Shown in pieces: positions 60,672-64,000 of a DNA stretch of 64,000 nucleotides. Origin of the DNA: a virus (lineage: Duplodnaviria > Caudoviricetes); the IMG/VR virus record IMGVR_UViG_3300037400_003271, positions 1 to 64,000 of that record; one strand, 5' to 3'. The notes below the pieces were generated by a model. It was given only the letters and a program-made list of their open reading frames with translations. It ran no database searches and had not been told where the DNA came from. Position 1 is the stretch's first letter, and every line of letters begins with the position of its first letter. A program made the translations under genes and the position numbers.

Positions 60672-62135
60672 TTGAGCAAGAAGAATGATGTCATAGACTA
60701 CCTCATTTCGGTCCTGGAGCCGGAGATTTCCGGCAAGGGGGCGACTGACGGCAAATTGGACAAGCTCAAGGAGGCAGAGCTCTGCGACGCCTTCGAGAGT
60801 TATGTCTGTGGCAGGCCGGACGATACGGGGTGCGACTTTTTCAAGGTCGCGGAGGGTGATGTCTTGTTCATGTTCAACGGGAAGTGGTACGAGAAGATTG
60901 ACGATGTGCGCCTGCGCTTCATCGTGAAGGAGGTGCTTAGGAAATGCCACGTGGGTTCGATCTATATCCGTAACTCTGCGTCGAAGATCGCCGACGAGTG
61001 CAAGGAGACGCTCCTTTCATGCGAATGGTGTTTCTTCGAGCCGGACCGCAGGTATGTGGTGTTCCGGAACGGTGTTCTGGATATGGAGACGAGGCGCTTT
61101 TATGAACACGACATCAAGTACAAGACGGACATAGTCCTGAATTTCAACTACCTATCGAACGAGAGGAGCGGCCTGTGGGACCGTCTCATCTCGCAGACGG
61201 TTCCGGACGAGGGTATGCGCGGCGCGATGCAGCAGTTCTGCGGCGCCATGCTCGCGGACCGGAAGAAGTTCAAGATCGAGTACATGCTGATGCTGGTCGG
61301 TAGCGGCCGGAATGGCAAGTCGGTGGTTACCGACGCCATCGCGAACGTGTTCGGAGACGATCTGGTGAGTTCGTACAGCCCGGAGCAGCTCTTCGGGAAC
61401 ACGGGCCATAGCCTGTACAACCTCGCGGACATCAACGGAAAGTTGGCGAACATCTGCGACGATCTGAAGAACAAGGAATTCTCCGGAGGCGAGTTCAAGC
61501 AATTCATCTCCGGGCACAAGTTCCAGGCGCGGCACATCTACGGCCGCCCGTTCGTGGTCAGCAAGATCCCTCTGATGGTGTGCTGCATGAACGAGATTCC
61601 TCCGACCACGGACGATACTATGGGCCACTACCGCCGGCTCCTGCCGATCCTCTGCCCGAACCAGGTGGCGGAGAAGGACGTGGACTACGAGCTGTCGGAC
61701 AAGTTGGCGACGGATGACAACAAGGCGGCCATCTTCAACTGGCTCCTCGACGGCTACAAGGCGTTCGTGGAGAACAAGGGCCGCATCGAAATCAGCGACA
61801 GCATCAAGAATATCCGCGAGGACATCAAGGCCGACGCGAACTCCGCCCGGCAGTGGATCCGAGAGATGGGATACACTCCCGTCGCCGTGCGCGATCCGAA
61901 CGACCCTCGCTGGAAGCCTATCAACGAGTGGATGCGCGAGTACATCGATTGGTGCCGCGAGTGCTCCGAGAACGCGAAGACGGCCAAGGCAGTCGGCTCC
62001 GTGCTGAAGGACCTCGGGTTTGCCAGCGAGAAGCGCAGGAGCACCACTTGGTATTGCATCGGGAGGAAGGCCGAAGAGAATGTTGTGTCTACCGACCTCC
62101 CCGGCGAGGATGGTAAGGACGATCTTCCGTTCTGA
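60672..62135 (+). CDS. D5-like/P4-family primase-helicase (SF3 ATPase)
   Basis: D5-N-like region (VVFRNGVLDME), Walker A GSGRNGKS, Walker B ICDD, motif C CMNEIP; C-terminal DDLPF. Confidence 0.88.
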   Translation: MSKKNDVIDYLISVLEPEISGKGATDGKLDKLKEAELCDAFESYVCGRPDDTGCDFFKVAEGDVLFMFNGKWYEKIDDVRLRFIVKEVLRKCHVGSIYIRNSASKIADECKETLLSCEWCFFEPDRRYVVFRNGVLDMETRRFYEHDIKYKTDIVLNFNYLSNERSGLWDRLISQTVPDEGMRGAMQQFCGAMLADRKKFKIEYMLMLVGSGRNGKSVVTDAIANVFGDDLVSSYSPEQLFGNTGHSLYNLADINGKLANICDDLKNKEFSGGEFKQFISGHKFQARHIYGRPFVVSKIPLMVCCMNEIPPTTDDTMGHYRRLLPILCPNQVAEKDVDYELSDKLATDDNKAAIFNWLLDGYKAFVENKGRIEISDSIKNIREDIKADANSARQWIREMGYTPVAVRDPNDPRWKPINEWMREYIDWCRECSENAKTAKAVGSVLKDLGFASEKRRSTTWYCIGRKAEENVVSTDLPGEDGKDDLPF

Positions 62136-62137
62136 TT

Positions 62138-63052
62138 ATGGCAGGATATAGAGTAGCAAGGGCTTTCGAGCGGATCCCGGAGATCACCGGGCTGGAACTT
62201 GTGCGCAACGGCGCCAAGTGGCAGGGCGGCTATTATCTGAACGGCGACAGGCATCAGTTCCGCCGCGACAAGCTGAAAGTGGTGGAGTGGAAGAACGGCA
62301 TCTGGCTGTTCGAGGAGGGGGGCGACAGCATGAGCCTCGAGAACTGGCTGCAGCAGTATGGCGGCGCCAAGGACTATTGGGACGCAGTGGCGATCATAGA
62401 GGGGAGGTCTGAAGGGTTTCGGTATGACCGCGATGTGAGGAAGAAGGAGACGCGGCAGCAGTATGTCGATCCGAGCGCGCTCGCCGGGGCGAAGCAGTAT
62501 GATCTGAGGAAGTGCAACCTCTTCAACTGGATGTGCACGATGTTCCCGGAGAAGAGAGTACGCGAGGTGTGGGATATGTACAACGTGACGACAGATTCGC
62601 ACGGTAATTGCGTCTTCTGGTACGTTGACCAGGACGGAAAGATATTGTATGACAAGAGAATCCTATATAAGGCCGATGGCCACAGAGATCGAGGTTTCTT
62701 CCCCGGACGGCAATACAGAGTCGCTGACGGATACGTTGGAAAGTGCTATTTCGGTGCGCATCTTAAGGACGACGGGAAAAAAGCCTTTATTATGGAGAGC
62801 GAAAAGTCAGTGCTGCTCTCGTCGCTCTATTTCGGAAATAGAAGATTTATGGCTTGCGGTGGGAAGTCGAATCTCCGCGAAATAGAGCCGAACACACTGC
62901 TTGTCCCCGATATGGATGCCCGCATTGAATGGGATGAGAAGGGCGAGGTATGGCCGTGGTGGGAGAAGTGGGGGAAGCCCGTGAGCGAGATCCCGGAGAA
63001 GGCCGACATCGGCGATATGATCGAAAGCAGGTTATTGCGTAATTTAGAATAA
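62138..63052 (+). CDS. Replication protein, DUF6371-like / Toprim-related primase partner
   Basis: VFWYVDQDG, CYFGAHL, IMESEKS, ACGG, PDMD, ADIGD. Confidence 0.65.
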   Translation: MAGYRVARAFERIPEITGLELVRNGAKWQGGYYLNGDRHQFRRDKLKVVEWKNGIWLFEEGGDSMSLENWLQQYGGAKDYWDAVAIIEGRSEGFRYDRDVRKKETRQQYVDPSALAGAKQYDLRKCNLFNWMCTMFPEKRVREVWDMYNVTTDSHGNCVFWYVDQDGKILYDKRILYKADGHRDRGFFPGRQYRVADGYVGKCYFGAHLKDDGKKAFIMESEKSVLLSSLYFGNRRFMACGGKSNLREIEPNTLLVPDMDARIEWDEKGEVWPWWEKWGKPVSEIPEKADIGDMIESRLLRNLE

Positions 63053-63065
63053 TTCCAAATTAGAT

Positions 63066-63464
63066 ATGAACAAGAACTGCGTCTGGAAAGTGAAAGAGGA
63101 GGACCGCAATTGCGGATATTGCGTCATAAGGAGATGGTGTGGCGTGCGCGTTCGTCCGTCCGCCAGCCCGCTTGTGACCGGCAAGAAGTATATCGGCGTT
63201 GCTTGGGCGGTTACGGGAGAGGACCCGCTGTCCGGGTCCAGACGCCGTGCTGCCGTGTGGGCGAGGAATATGGTCGCGTACAGGATGTCTCTGGACGGGT
63301 ACACGCAGGAGGCGATAGCCCCAGTGGTAGGGCGCGACCGTTGTACTGTCATGCACTGCATCCAGAGAATGTCAGATGCGCTCGCGTCTCCGAAGCAGTA
63401 TCCGGACGAGGTGGAGTATTGGAATATGTTTCAGGAAAGGTTATCTTTGAGTAAAACAAACTGA
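63066..63464 (+). CDS. Stand-alone DnaA domain IV-like HTH protein with N-terminal Cys cluster
   Basis: SRRRAAVWARNMVAYRM...AIAPVVGRDRCTVMH parallels DnaA RSRSVARPRQMAM...IG..FGGRDHTTVLH. Confidence 0.7.
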   Translation: MNKNCVWKVKEEDRNCGYCVIRRWCGVRVRPSASPLVTGKKYIGVAWAVTGEDPLSGSRRRAAVWARNMVAYRMSLDGYTQEAIAPVVGRDRCTVMHCIQRMSDALASPKQYPDEVEYWNMFQERLSLSKTN

Positions 63465-63465
63465 T

Positions 63466-63942
63466 ATGTGGAAGAAATTTGTAACATGGTGGTATTTCCA
63501 CCTCGCTAATCCGGTGATCCGGAAGGGCGAAAGCGGCGGATTCCGGTGGTGTTTTCGCCGATTCTGGCTCGAGATCTCGTCTCTGAGCGGCAACTTCAAG
63601 GCGCGGTTCACTGCTTCCGAGCACCCTACCAGCTACCTGCTGGCCGGCAAGACTGACGACAATATCGTTGGATTTTGCGAGATCATGTACACGGTCGGCA
63701 TGCTGCTGACGAGAGACCAGGGCTTCGTCAACGACATCAACAAGGCTATCCAGAAGTACGACAAGCGCCTGCAGAAGTCCAACGCGCCGAAGGAGGACGA
63801 GGCCGAGGAGAGGATTGACCTTGAATATGTGAAGGGCGTCCAGGATTTTGTTGAGCAGCCGAAGAGCGAGCGTAGCAAGCGCGCAAAGGCGGTGGACAAG
63901 AAGTTCAAGGCCGCGGCACGGAATTTGCAGAAAGAGGAGTAA
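63466..63942 (+). CDS. Hypothetical protein
   Basis: 158 aa, tiles. Confidence 0.55.
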   Translation: MWKKFVTWWYFHLANPVIRKGESGGFRWCFRRFWLEISSLSGNFKARFTASEHPTSYLLAGKTDDNIVGFCEIMYTVGMLLTRDQGFVNDINKAIQKYDKRLQKSNAPKEDEAEERIDLEYVKGVQDFVEQPKSERSKRAKAVDKKFKAAARNLQKEE

Positions 63943-63954
63943 AAACGAGCGATT

Positions 63955-64000
63955 ATGGAATCTCAAGAAAACATCCACTACAGGGTCGGCGGCAAGCTGA
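63955..64000 (+). CDS. 5' end of a gene truncated by the window edge
   Basis: ATG 63955, open to the end (MESQENIHYRVGGKL). Confidence 0.45.
   Translation, partial: MESQENIHYRVGGKL

Overview
The whole window is one tailed dsDNA bacteriophage genome segment. It looks like a siphovirus: it has a long tape measure, a tail tube and no sheath gene. The host is most likely a GC-rich Bacteroidota, because TAnnTTTG -7 promoter boxes recur and translation starts are AT-rich without a Shine-Dalgarno. Layout: (1) 1-26.8 kb + strand packaging, head, tail and lysis module; (2) 26.8-30.7 kb + strand accessory block with a separately regulated six-gene cassette of unknown function; (3) 30.8-56.0 kb - strand early region of about 60 small genes, including a radical SAM enzyme, Dam-type MTase, serine recombinase, SLT, SSB, JAB/RadC, two low-GC NUMOD4-HNH genes and tandem paralogs sharing a 43-bp leader; (4) 56.0-57.4 kb divergent non-coding control region with IHF-type palindromes, DnaA-box-like repeats and 24-bp direct repeats; (5) 57.4-64 kb + strand replication module with a MazG-like gene, a 1.1-kb ncRNA island, a D5-like primase/helicase and a stand-alone DnaA domain-IV-like protein. 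The most striking feature is the RNA island. It holds a complete tmRNA with a 36-codon tag ending FALAIA, three tRNA-like folds whose anticodon arms are all non-canonical (one carries alanine identity elements), and unidentified structured RNAs between them. All protein and RNA assignments come from motif reading by eye; no database search or folding program was run.
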